Below, in pieces: positions 19,421-28,523 of a stretch of 64,000 bases of DNA; the stretch's first letter is position 1; each line of letters opens with the position of its first letter. Origin of the DNA: Spirochaetota bacterium (GTDB lineage Bacteria > Spirochaetota > UBA4802 > UBA5550); assembly GCA_050298055.1 (NCBI GenBank), contig JBNKTL010000002.1, positions 64,001-128,000 on the forward strand. Direction: 5' to 3'. The notes beneath the pieces were generated by a model. It was not told the origin of the DNA. It ran no database searches and worked only from the letters and a program-made list of their open reading frames with translations. Both the position numbers and the translations under genes were made by a program.

Positions 19421-20020
19421 ATGAGAATGGGCAAATCCGAAGAAACGAGACAGTATATTATCGAAAAGGCATCACTCCTCTTCAACAAGCTCGGCTACGA
19501 GGGGACATCCCTCAATGATATAACCGAAGCCGTGGGAATGACCAAGGGTGCCATTTACGGGAACTTCAAAAACAAGGACGAGATCGCACTGGAATCCCTC
19601 AACTACAACATGAGGCAGATAACCGAACCAATAATCAGTGAGATAAAGAAACAGTATACAGCCATTGATAAACTCAAGGCCTATGCCGGGGCCTATAGCA
19701 AGTATTTTAATGAGATTGCGGCAATGGGAGGATGTCCCCTGCTTAATGCCGCAACAGACTCAGATGACGGTAACCCGCTCTTAAAGAAAAAGGTTCTTGA
19801 TTTTATAAAGATGTGGCATGAAACAGTCGTGCGGATCACAAAAAGGGGGATACGGAGAAAGGAGATACATGAAAAAACCGATCCGGAAAGTTTTGCATCA
19901 CTCTTTATCACACTGATCGAAGGCGGCATCATGCTTTCCAAGACAACCGGTGATAAAAAGCATGTAGAGGAAGCCATCAAGCATATCATTGACCATATCG
20001 AAAACCGGTTGAAGGTCTGA
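19421..20020 (+). CDS. TetR-family transcriptional regulator (LmrA/YxaF-like)
   Basis: HTH GYEGTSLNDITEAVGMTKGAIYGNFKNK and GGCPLLN motif. The ORF-track TTG start at 19367 is the -35 box; ATG at 19421 or 19427 is more likely. Confidence 0.9.
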   Translation: MRMGKSEETRQYIIEKASLLFNKLGYEGTSLNDITEAVGMTKGAIYGNFKNKDEIALESLNYNMRQITEPIISEIKKQYTAIDKLKAYAGAYSKYFNEIAAMGGCPLLNAATDSDDGNPLLKKKVLDFIKMWHETVVRITKRGIRRKEIHEKTDPESFASLFITLIEGGIMLSKTTGDKKHVEEAIKHIIDHIENRLKV

Positions 20021-20035
20021 TTTTTTGCAAATAAA

Positions 20036-20053
20036 ATATACCCGGTGGTAGAA
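20036..20053. promoter_or_regulatory. Second putative TetR operator, ATATACC-CGGT-GGTAGAA
   Basis: Near-copy of the 19375 palindrome, upstream of the 4Fe-4S gene. Confidence 0.55.
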
Positions 20054-20073
20054 AAAGATAAATTACAATTCAG

Positions 20074-20212
20074 GTTACTATTCAGTTATATGGCTATAAT
20101 CAACCTATTGACTAAAATATAAACAATATGTCCCCACCGCCGAAGACGGCGGGGACATGCCGGTTAGCTTTTTAATGAATATGATTGTTCTTAAACATAG
20201 TTGAGTAGTTAC
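20074..20212 (-). mobile_element. MITE-like element, copy 3 (reverse orientation)
   Basis: Ends GTTACTATTCAGTTAT...ATAGTTGAGTAGTTAC; hairpin ATGTCCCCACCGCC-GAA-GACGGCGGGGACAT; flanks CAATTCAG/CAATATAA (5/8). Confidence 0.85.
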
Positions 20213-20238
20213 CAATATAAAATAAGGAGATACTAATC

Positions 20239-21330
20239 ATGGAAAATATAAATGATGTATACAGGAAACTTCAGCAGCACCTTGACAAACTTCCCGTAGG
20301 ATACCCTGCCACAGAATCGGGAGTTGAGATCAGGCTGCTCAAACACCTCTTTGAACCCGGGGAAGCAGAGCTCGCGACCCGCTTATCCCTGATACCTGAA
20401 CCTCTTGAAAGCCTCTATCCGAAATTTGAGGGACTTGGCCTCAGCGAGGAGAAAGCGGAAGAGATGCTCAACAGGCTTTCGGAAAAAGGGGCCATAACAG
20501 GAACAAAAAATCACAGGACAGGCAGGATGGTCTACGCGAATGCCCTGCTTGCCGTGGGCATATTTGAATACCAGGTCGGCAGGCTGACCAAAGATTTCGC
20601 GAAAGATTTCCAGGAATATATGCACGGGGAATTTAAAGAAGAAGTTATAAGAACACCCCATCCCCAGATGAGAACCATCCCCATCGAAAAAAGCATTAAA
20701 GTCGACAACTTTATCGCCACATATGATGATATAAGAGAACTTATTAAATCCAGGGATTATTTTTCGGTAGCAAACTGCGTATGCAGAGAAAGTAATGAAC
20801 TGCTTGATAACAACTGCACACATCCCAGGGAAACATGCCTTCAGTTCGGGGGAGTAGCCAGGATGTATGTGGAAAAAGGCCTTGCGCGGGAAATAACAAA
20901 AGAGGAATCACTCGGCATTCTGGAGAGAGCACAGGAGGAGGGACTTGTTCTGCAGCCGACAAACTCAAAAAAACCCAATTATATCTGTTGCTGCTGCGGC
21001 TGCGCATGCGAGATACTCACAACGGCCAAAAGACTTCCCCGGCCTTCGGAATTCTTCGCCACCAACCATTTCTCATATGTTGACGCAGATTCCTGTACCG
21101 GCTGCGGTTCCTGTGTGGACATATGCCCCATGGAAGCACTGGAGATCGTTAATGACATATCTGTAGTTGACCTCCACAGGTGTATTGGCTGCGGCGTCTG
21201 TGTACCCGCCTGTCCTTCCGATGCAATCGAACTCAGGAAAAAGGGTGAAGAGAGAGTACCTCCTGAAAATACTGTGGACCTCTACATGAAGATAATGCAG
21301 GATAAAGCAAAACTGACAGACGGTAAATAA
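20239..21330 (+). CDS. 4Fe-4S dicluster (ferredoxin-domain) protein with N-terminal helical domain
   Basis: CTGCGSCVDICP and CIGCGVCVPACP, plus CVCR and ICCCCGCAC motifs; architecture common in anaerobes. Confidence 0.88.
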   Translation: MENINDVYRKLQQHLDKLPVGYPATESGVEIRLLKHLFEPGEAELATRLSLIPEPLESLYPKFEGLGLSEEKAEEMLNRLSEKGAITGTKNHRTGRMVYANALLAVGIFEYQVGRLTKDFAKDFQEYMHGEFKEEVIRTPHPQMRTIPIEKSIKVDNFIATYDDIRELIKSRDYFSVANCVCRESNELLDNNCTHPRETCLQFGGVARMYVEKGLAREITKEESLGILERAQEEGLVLQPTNSKKPNYICCCCGCACEILTTAKRLPRPSEFFATNHFSYVDADSCTGCGSCVDICPMEALEIVNDISVVDLHRCIGCGVCVPACPSDAIELRKKGEERVPPENTVDLYMKIMQDKAKLTDGK

Positions 21331-21435
21331 CGGGAATCTCCGCCAACTATTAATCATTTAATAAAATTTTCTTGACAAATTTTTAAAATGATTATTACTC
21401 TAACCTGAATCCATTACAACCAGCGGTCAATTCTG

Positions 21436-22308
21436 ATGAAATCAGAAATAGACAAACATGCGAAAAAAGTAGAAAAGTTCTACTCTACGGGTCACGGTGT
21501 TGCCGACCTGTCAGAGGATGAAAACCAAAAGGAGAATTCCGAATTCCTCTCTTTCGGCTACTGGTATAATAATACAAAATCTTATCATGACGCCGCCATC
21601 AACCTCATAGATTACGTTATCCACAGAAGCAAAATAACAAAACCGGACCGGATACTGAATGTTACCTGTGGTTATGGAGCGGAAACATTTTTATACTACA
21701 AAAAGATCAGGCCTGAGATAATTGACGGTATTGATATCACTAAAAAACATGTTGACTATGCCAATCAGAAAGCAAAGCGGCTGAAGCTGGATAAAAATGT
21801 CAGGTTCTTTTACGGAGATGCAGTCAAACTTAAATTTCCGGATAACATTTATTCACATATAATCGGTATTGAGGGCCCGGTACATTTCAGCTGCAGAAAC
21901 GAATTCTTCAAATCTTCTTTCAGGGTGCTAAAAAAAGGCGGGGAGCTTATACTAACAGATATTATTGGGAAAAACGAAAACAGCAACAAAAGCAAATATC
22001 TCTGCCTTCTTACCGATATGACAGCCCGGCTGTGGCAGGTCCCAAAATATAATTTAATAAGCGATTCTCAATACAGGGAGCAGCTCCGTAATGCAAATCT
22101 TGAGATTATTGACTTTCAAAGAATAGGGCAAAATGTTTTTCCCGGTTATTCAATGAATGTTTTTTGTATTAATACAATAAAAACCAGGATAAAACAAAGG
22201 GGATTTATTGCAACAATCGGGCTTTCCCTGATCTCTCTCGTTCTGAAACATCTTCATAAGAATGGAATGATAGACTATATATTTGTAAGGGCCGTGAAAA
22301 CAGGATGA
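21436..22308 (+). CDS. Class I SAM-dependent methyltransferase (McyJ/EryG/sterol-MT-like)
   Basis: FLSFGYW, variant motif I ILNVTCGYG, GDAVKLKF and FRVLKKGGELILTD. Confidence 0.82.
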   Translation: MKSEIDKHAKKVEKFYSTGHGVADLSEDENQKENSEFLSFGYWYNNTKSYHDAAINLIDYVIHRSKITKPDRILNVTCGYGAETFLYYKKIRPEIIDGIDITKKHVDYANQKAKRLKLDKNVRFFYGDAVKLKFPDNIYSHIIGIEGPVHFSCRNEFFKSSFRVLKKGGELILTDIIGKNENSNKSKYLCLLTDMTARLWQVPKYNLISDSQYREQLRNANLEIIDFQRIGQNVFPGYSMNVFCINTIKTRIKQRGFIATIGLSLISLVLKHLHKNGMIDYIFVRAVKTG

Positions 22309-22309
22309 T

Positions 22310-23338
22310 ATGAAAATAAACAGCATGAAATCAAAATATGAATGGCTGTACAGAGGATTGCAGGATTCTTTTCTGGTGGGAGAGATCAACGGAAGAACCC
22401 TGGTTCCGCCAATATACTTAAATGATAAGAAATTCGGAAAGTCATGGCAATGGCCCCTGGTTCTTGAGGTCGTTGTTAAAAAATGCGGTTTAATTTCCCT
22501 TAAAGCAAGCAGGTTATCAAAAAAAAGATTATTCAATACTGACAAATATAAAGGTAAATTTATATTAAATGTAAATTTCTCCTGCGGTTATCACAGGTTA
22601 AACGAAAGAAGTTCATACTGCGATCCTTTTTCACACTGGTTTAATGTTTTTTTTGGTTATTACCAGATTGACGTTCCAAAATCAAGATGGGACCGGCCTT
22701 TCGCTTATATGAGCAGCAAACCCGGCAGTAAAATAAACGGAGAGGATATGCACAGAATCGCAAAGGCTGATTGGAACTACTACTCCAACTATATGTATGG
22801 AGTCCCGGAAGAGAAGATACTCGAACACAACTGCAATTCCCTTGATGACAGCGGCTTCTCCTTTTACCAGGAGAAAAACCGAATAAAAATCGGGAAGAAG
22901 TACTGGGATTATGCGGAACTTAATAATTTCACTGTAATATCCGCATATCAGTCCCAACAGGGTGATGAACTGGTTGATAACAGCAAACTTTCACCAATCT
23001 GGAGAGATTGTTTTGGATTACCGAATCCCCGAAAAGAATTTCCGGAGAGTTTTTTCCCCACAAAGATGAAAACAGCGATGTATATGTCTTTCGATGAGAG
23101 ATATGACCCTGACCTCAAGGAAAAAGCATACAGTACATATGTATTCGGCGGATCAATAAACATCAATTACCCTGACTACATGACAATAAACAAAAACCTA
23201 TCCGGGGAAAAACTTAAAAAGAAAAAAAGAGAGCTTGAAAGGTTCAACAATGATTTTCTCAACCTGCAGTTAAAAAACACAAGAGAGCTTATTGAAGATG
23301 AATATGAAAACCTGGGATTTGATAATCCCGGAAAATAA
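22310..23338 (+). CDS. Hypothetical protein, aromatic-rich, translationally coupled to the methyltransferase
   Basis: 342-aa ORF starting 1 bp after the methyltransferase stop; no family recognised. Confidence 0.7.
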   Translation: MKINSMKSKYEWLYRGLQDSFLVGEINGRTLVPPIYLNDKKFGKSWQWPLVLEVVVKKCGLISLKASRLSKKRLFNTDKYKGKFILNVNFSCGYHRLNERSSYCDPFSHWFNVFFGYYQIDVPKSRWDRPFAYMSSKPGSKINGEDMHRIAKADWNYYSNYMYGVPEEKILEHNCNSLDDSGFSFYQEKNRIKIGKKYWDYAELNNFTVISAYQSQQGDELVDNSKLSPIWRDCFGLPNPRKEFPESFFPTKMKTAMYMSFDERYDPDLKEKAYSTYVFGGSININYPDYMTINKNLSGEKLKKKKRELERFNNDFLNLQLKNTRELIEDEYENLGFDNPGK

Positions 23339-23408
23339 TGACCTGCTATAAAAAAAAGCCTCCATTTATATCAATAACTCAAAACTCAATCATTAATCAG
23401 CTTTTTTA

Positions 23409-23437
23409 TTGACTTAGCCCTATTATCATAATAAAAT
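23409..23437 (+). promoter_or_regulatory. Putative sigma70 promoter for the cyclase-STAND gene
   Basis: TTGACT-17 bp-TAAAAT. Confidence 0.55.
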
Positions 23438-23494
23438 TCACAAAGCAGTTAAAATTCTACAGACGATAACTCAATAGACCAGCATATTGTATCC

Positions 23495-26400
23495 ATGAAT
23501 AAAAAAGAGAGCATTAAAAAAACCGGCAGTACAACAGTAATGTTTGCAAATTTTTCCGGTTTTAGCGCAATGTCCGGAAAAATATCACCTGACCGGATTA
23601 CTTCACTCATGAATGATTGTTTTTCTCGAATGGAAGAAATAATTAATCGGTATGGTGGAATCTCCGAAAAATTCATTGGTGATTCAATTATGGTCACATT
23701 TAATACAACGACCCGGGCTGAAGATTCCGCAAAAAAATCAATTATAGCTGCCCTTGAAATGAGAGAAGAGATATACAGATTTAACAAATATCATTCTTCT
23801 GAACATCCCCTGGAAATTCAGATCGGGATTGAATCGGGAGCATATCAAACGGGCAGTAAGAGAATTGGTGAAAAAGCAAAAAGTGATGCTGTCAACATGG
23901 CCCTGAAACTGGAAGAAACATCTATTAAAGGGCAAATACTGATTGGACCGTCGGCATACGAAACAACAAAAAAAAATATTATTTACCGAACCATAAACCC
24001 GGTTACTTACCAGGAGGAGAAAGATCCGGCAGCTGTATTTGAGGTTCTCACCACAAAGGAAAACCTGTCTCAATCAAAACCCCATTTTGAAAGATTGACA
24101 ACTTCAAGGATAATTGGAAGAAAACTTGAACTTGAAATTCTTGATAATGAAATTGAAAACACCATTAAGGGGACAGGTTCAATTATCATGATAATCGGTG
24201 AAGCGGGCATTGGCAAAACAAAACTCATAACAGAATTTAAAGATTCAAAGACAGTAAAAAAAGTCAAATGCCTGGAAGGAAAATCCATATCCATCGGACG
24301 AAACCTGAGTTTTCATCCTGTGCTGGAAATTATAAATAAATGGACCGGTATCGATGAAAATGATACCGATACAATTGCATTTAAAAAATTAGAATCCTCT
24401 GTCAATGAACTGTCATCGGAAAGTGGAGATGAAATATTACCCTTTATGTGTATGCTCCTGGGCATTAATCTTCCCCGGCAATACTCTGACAGAATAAAAA
24501 ACATTGAGGGTGAAGCCCTTGAAAAAATGATCATTAAAACAATTTCATCGATACTGATCAAAGGTTCAAGCAACAAACCCCTTGTGTTGATATTTGAAGA
24601 TATCCACTGGGCAGATAACAGTTCTCTGGGTCTTATCGAATCCCTTTTCTGGCTGGTAAAAAGTCATAAAATCACATTTATTCTCCTCACACGGCCGGGC
24701 TACCCTGATACCGGGGACAGGATTATCAGGAGATGCCGGGAACACTATCATGAAAATTACACAGAACTTGAACTTGCTCCCTTTAATAAAAAAGAATGCG
24801 AGCAAATGCTGAGCAACTTTATAGATATCAGGAATCTTGATAAAGTATGGCGGGAGCGGATTATCAGCAGATCCTCAGGACACCCATACTTCATTGAAGA
24901 AGTTATCAGGTCACTTATTGATTACAGGGCACTTGAATTCAGTAACAACATCTATGAAGTGACACAGAAAATCAATGAAATCAAAATACCCTATTCACTG
25001 AATGAACTGTTGCTGACAAGGATTGAACGTCTTGATGACGATACAAGGAACCTCTTAATAAATGCCTCGGTTATAGGGAAAAACTTCCTCTATAAAATAC
25101 TTAAGGAGATATCAAGCGGGATTGATAATATTGATACCCGCCTTAACCTCCTGAAAAAAGTTGAACTGATACTTGAAGACACAAGAAGTGAAGAAATTGA
25201 ATTTTTCTTCAAACACACACTGGCACAGGAAGCGGCATATGAATCAATCCTTGTTAATAGAAGGAAAAAGATCCACCTTGAAGTAGCTCAATCAATAGAA
25301 AAGATATTCAAGAACAGACTCCAGGACTTCTACGGAATGCTCGCCTATCATTACAGTAGTGCGGAAAAGCCTGATAAAGCCGAAGAATATATGATTAAAG
25401 CCGGCAATGAAGCTCTTAAATCATCAGCTTCCAGTGAGGCGATACACTATTTCCAGGAGGCCCTGAATATATACAACAGACTGAACAGGAAAAAGATTGA
25501 CCGGGAAAAAATTACTCTCGTTGAAAAAAATCTTGCAACTGCTTTTTTTAACAAAGGGCAGTATGAAAATTCACTGAAATACTTTGACCGGGTATTAAAA
25601 CAGTATGGTGATGAGATCCCCCAGAACAAATTTCTCATGTTATTAAAATTCCTGGTTAATATTGTCATACTTTTTCTTAATCTCTTCCTGCCCCTCAAGA
25701 GAAGCAACAGGGAGCCCGGTTCCAGGGAACAGGAAATTATCAGCATGTTTCACAAGAGGCTAACCATTCTTGCCGTTGTAGCTCCCCGGAGATTTTTTAT
25801 AGAATCAATATACCAGCAGAAAATGCTCATCAATTTTAATCTGAAAAAAATATTTAATGGTGTGGGAATGTTCTCTGCAACCAGCAACACATTTGCCTGG
25901 ACCGGGATCTCATACGGGATAAGTAAAAAAATACTCGATTACTGTAAAAACGATATTACAGAAGAGGATAAAAGATCAAAACTTCTGTATAATTTTTCCG
26001 TACTTTTGTTTAACTTTCTTACCGGGAAATGGGACCATAATATATATGATGATCAACTGATTAATGAGAACCTTAAAATCGGGGAACTTTTTTTTTCATC
26101 CGCAGTTGTGTTGTGGTTCGGATATTTTCAGGTCGAACAGGGTTACTATCAGAAAACAATGGAACTGGTAAATAAACTCAGCAGCACAGGGAATATATAC
26201 AGTCACGATTATACAATTGCATTAAAATACGAATTGCATAACAGGTTATTAATAAAATACGGGAAACTGGAGGAGGCAAAGGCAAATCTCGATGAGGGAA
26301 TTAATTTTACCAGAAGTACAGATATTCTCAACGTATGTTTTGTACTGCTCACACTTCAAGTCAGAGCCCACGCACTTCTGCAGCAACCGGACGAAGCTGA

Positions 26401-26908
26401 AATCTACCTGAGATCGGCAGATGAAATTAAGGAAGCCATATACCCAGTTCCCTTCCATATTAATTACTATATGATCAGCAAGTTCATTTATTTTTCTTAC
26501 CGGCTAAAGAAAGCACTGGATGAGAAAGTGAAAAAATCAATCCCCGAATTATTAAGAGAACTGAAAGTCATAAAAAAATATCTTCTCTCAGGTGCCCGCA
26601 AAACAGCATCTGATAGAGTTGAGGCGTACCGCCTGGTATTCACTTTCTACCATTTAACCGGCAAACAGACAAAAGCCTTCAAGTATATCAGGAAGAGTAT
26701 AATTGAAGGGGAAAATTTGAATGCCCGCGTTGAACTTGCAAGGACATACCTGGATGCCGGTAAATTTTTATTATCAAACGATAATAATTATAAAGAAATC
26801 AATGGAATTAACGGGATGACGTATATAAAAAAGTCCGAAGAACTTTTCGAAAAAACAGGGATAAAGTATGATCCAAATGAATTTGAAAATGAAACACCTG
26901 CTCCATAA
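23495..26908 (+). CDS. Class III nucleotidyl-cyclase-like domain + AAA/STAND ATPase + TPR protein (cyclase degenerate)
   Basis: TVMFANFSGFS, EKFIGDSIM, DAVNMALKLE; Walker A GEAGIGKT; Walker B LIFEDIHWAD; SGHPYFIEE; FKHTLAQEAAY; TPR-like C-terminus. Confidence 0.88.
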   Translation: MNKKESIKKTGSTTVMFANFSGFSAMSGKISPDRITSLMNDCFSRMEEIINRYGGISEKFIGDSIMVTFNTTTRAEDSAKKSIIAALEMREEIYRFNKYHSSEHPLEIQIGIESGAYQTGSKRIGEKAKSDAVNMALKLEETSIKGQILIGPSAYETTKKNIIYRTINPVTYQEEKDPAAVFEVLTTKENLSQSKPHFERLTTSRIIGRKLELEILDNEIENTIKGTGSIIMIIGEAGIGKTKLITEFKDSKTVKKVKCLEGKSISIGRNLSFHPVLEIINKWTGIDENDTDTIAFKKLESSVNELSSESGDEILPFMCMLLGINLPRQYSDRIKNIEGEALEKMIIKTISSILIKGSSNKPLVLIFEDIHWADNSSLGLIESLFWLVKSHKITFILLTRPGYPDTGDRIIRRCREHYHENYTELELAPFNKKECEQMLSNFIDIRNLDKVWRERIISRSSGHPYFIEEVIRSLIDYRALEFSNNIYEVTQKINEIKIPYSLNELLLTRIERLDDDTRNLLINASVIGKNFLYKILKEISSGIDNIDTRLNLLKKVELILEDTRSEEIEFFFKHTLAQEAAYESILVNRRKKIHLEVAQSIEKIFKNRLQDFYGMLAYHYSSAEKPDKAEEYMIKAGNEALKSSASSEAIHYFQEALNIYNRLNRKKIDREKITLVEKNLATAFFNKGQYENSLKYFDRVLKQYGDEIPQNKFLMLLKFLVNIVILFLNLFLPLKRSNREPGSREQEIISMFHKRLTILAVVAPRRFFIESIYQQKMLINFNLKKIFNGVGMFSATSNTFAWTGISYGISKKILDYCKNDITEEDKRSKLLYNFSVLLFNFLTGKWDHNIYDDQLINENLKIGELFFSSAVVLWFGYFQVEQGYYQKTMELVNKLSSTGNIYSHDYTIALKYELHNRLLIKYGKLEEAKANLDEGINFTRSTDILNVCFVLLTLQVRAHALLQQPDEAEIYLRSADEIKEAIYPVPFHINYYMISKFIYFSYRLKKALDEKVKKSIPELLRELKVIKKYLLSGARKTASDRVEAYRLVFTFYHLTGKQTKAFKYIRKSIIEGENLNARVELARTYLDAGKFLLSNDNNYKEINGINGMTYIKKSEELFEKTGIKYDPNEFENETPAP

Positions 26909-26922
26909 GGGAAACGAAATTT

Positions 26923-28380
26923 CTACCTGACGTTAAGAGAACTCAGGTTGAATCTTATTACAGTTTCCACACCTCCCTCATCCCTGTTGGAAATCTCCAG
27001 GTCTGAAAATTCATAATAGTAGTGCAAACGGTCCCTGATGTTCCCGAGACTCCTGTCAAACAGGTCTTTCTCTTTCAGAGCTGTCCCATTATCAATAACA
27101 CTGATACTTACATTATCTCCCACCCTTTCGGCCCTGACATCGATAAATCCCATTCCGGACCTCTGTCTGATTCCATGTTTTATTGAATTTTCTACCAGTG
27201 GTTGAATGGTCATGGGGGGAATCATAACTTTTTCGAAATCACCGTTTTTCCGGGTTTCATATTCTAATACATCAGGGAAACGGATCATTTCAAATTCAAG
27301 AAAATTCATCATAAATGTCCACTCTTCATGAAATAAAACCATAGACTCAAAGGATCTGTCTGTCAAAAAATGGAATATCTCAGAAAGCTTAATTGTTGCA
27401 AGATCAGCTTTATCCGGGTTCTTGTGGATCAATGCGTGTATAGTATGAATTGCATTATAAATAAAGTGGGGATTCATTCTCTCCTGAAGAGTCATATACC
27501 GGGCATCCTCAAAACGCTGCAGAAGTTTATCCCTGATAACGGCCATTCGTTTCAGCTTTTCAATGTAATTCTCCTGTTCCCTGTTTATCCTGACAAGATC
27601 ATCAGATAGCTGGTTGACCCTGCTGTATGCTTTCTTTGTTCTCTCTGTGAGTTCTCTGAGATAGACATATCCAAACAGGGGAATTGCCAGAATATAGAGA
27701 TTATTCCCCAGGGGAACCAGGTTATTCATAAAGTTTAATTTATGAAAATATACAGAAATCGAAATAACTTCATTAATAAAATAAAACAGCAATGCTGCTA
27801 CAATTGCTCTCCTTTTCCATCCTATATCGTGCTGTATTATTACTGAGACCGGGTATAAGAGTATCAAAGATATTATTACGTGTGACAGAAGGTGATGCCA
27901 TGAATAGCAAAAACCTGTAGTACAGAGTTCTGAAAAATTATCAATCCATAAAAAAACAGATAGGATAAACGAGAGCACAACAAGGATTCCACCGATGTTC
28001 AAGTAGAGAATAAGCTGTTTCAGATCACCTACAATAAAAAACATGAAAGCCGATGAAACAACCAGGAGAGTCAGGTTGGAAAGAAAAAGATCAAAAGGTG
28101 AAATAACCCCCAGGATGATATTAAAATCAATTAAACCTAACACAGCAACAGATGTTATTATAAACATTATGGACTGATGCACCAGGCCTATTGAGAACCC
28201 CCAGACAAGGATCTTTTCCCTGGGATTTTTATCTATCCTGAGCCTGTTTACTGTTACAAGAAGAATAATTGTCCAGAAGACACTTGCCAGACCAAAACGG
28301 ACCAGTTCATTCTTTAAATCACCCCTTCCTCCGCCGAATTGAGAAAAAAGATCCAGTAAAAAAGTCGCAAAAGTTTCCAT
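26923..28380 (-). CDS. LytS/YehU-type sensor histidine kinase with about 7 N-terminal TM helices
   Basis: H-box RMNPHFIYNAIHTI, IQPLVENSIKHG and DNG; hydrophobic N-terminal half. Confidence 0.9.
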   Translation of the reverse strand: METFATFLLDLFSQFGGGRGDLKNELVRFGLASVFWTIILLVTVNRLRIDKNPREKILVWGFSIGLVHQSIMFIITSVAVLGLIDFNIILGVISPFDLFLSNLTLLVVSSAFMFFIVGDLKQLILYLNIGGILVVLSFILSVFLWIDNFSELCTTGFCYSWHHLLSHVIISLILLYPVSVIIQHDIGWKRRAIVAALLFYFINEVISISVYFHKLNFMNNLVPLGNNLYILAIPLFGYVYLRELTERTKKAYSRVNQLSDDLVRINREQENYIEKLKRMAVIRDKLLQRFEDARYMTLQERMNPHFIYNAIHTIHALIHKNPDKADLATIKLSEIFHFLTDRSFESMVLFHEEWTFMMNFLEFEMIRFPDVLEYETRKNGDFEKVMIPPMTIQPLVENSIKHGIRQRSGMGFIDVRAERVGDNVSISVIDNGTALKEKDLFDRSLGNIRDRLHYYYEFSDLEISNRDEGGVETVIRFNLSSLNVR

Positions 28381-28393
28381 ATATAAATTATTG

Positions 28394-28466
28394 GTTTCTA
28401 CTCAGCTATTTGGCACAAACAAACATATTAAAAAAATATCAACAATATCTCCCCGCTAAAGATATT
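28394..28466 (-). mobile_element. Truncated, degenerate copy of the MITE-like element
   Basis: GTTTCTACTCAGCTATTTGGC...AAAATATCAACAATATCTCCCCGC aligns with the first half of copy 3. The hairpin is collapsed and the second terminus is not seen. Confidence 0.6.
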
Positions 28467-28523
28467 TTTTAATTGCATTAATATAAAAATGAAAGTATTT
28501 TTTTAAAATAAAGGAAAAAAATC

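Noticed and set aside
21436..26908. Methyltransferase plus ATPase as a restriction or anti-phage defence system
   Set aside because: The methyltransferase is small-molecule type (no DPPY/NPPY or PC motif), and no nuclease or other defence effector is recognisable.
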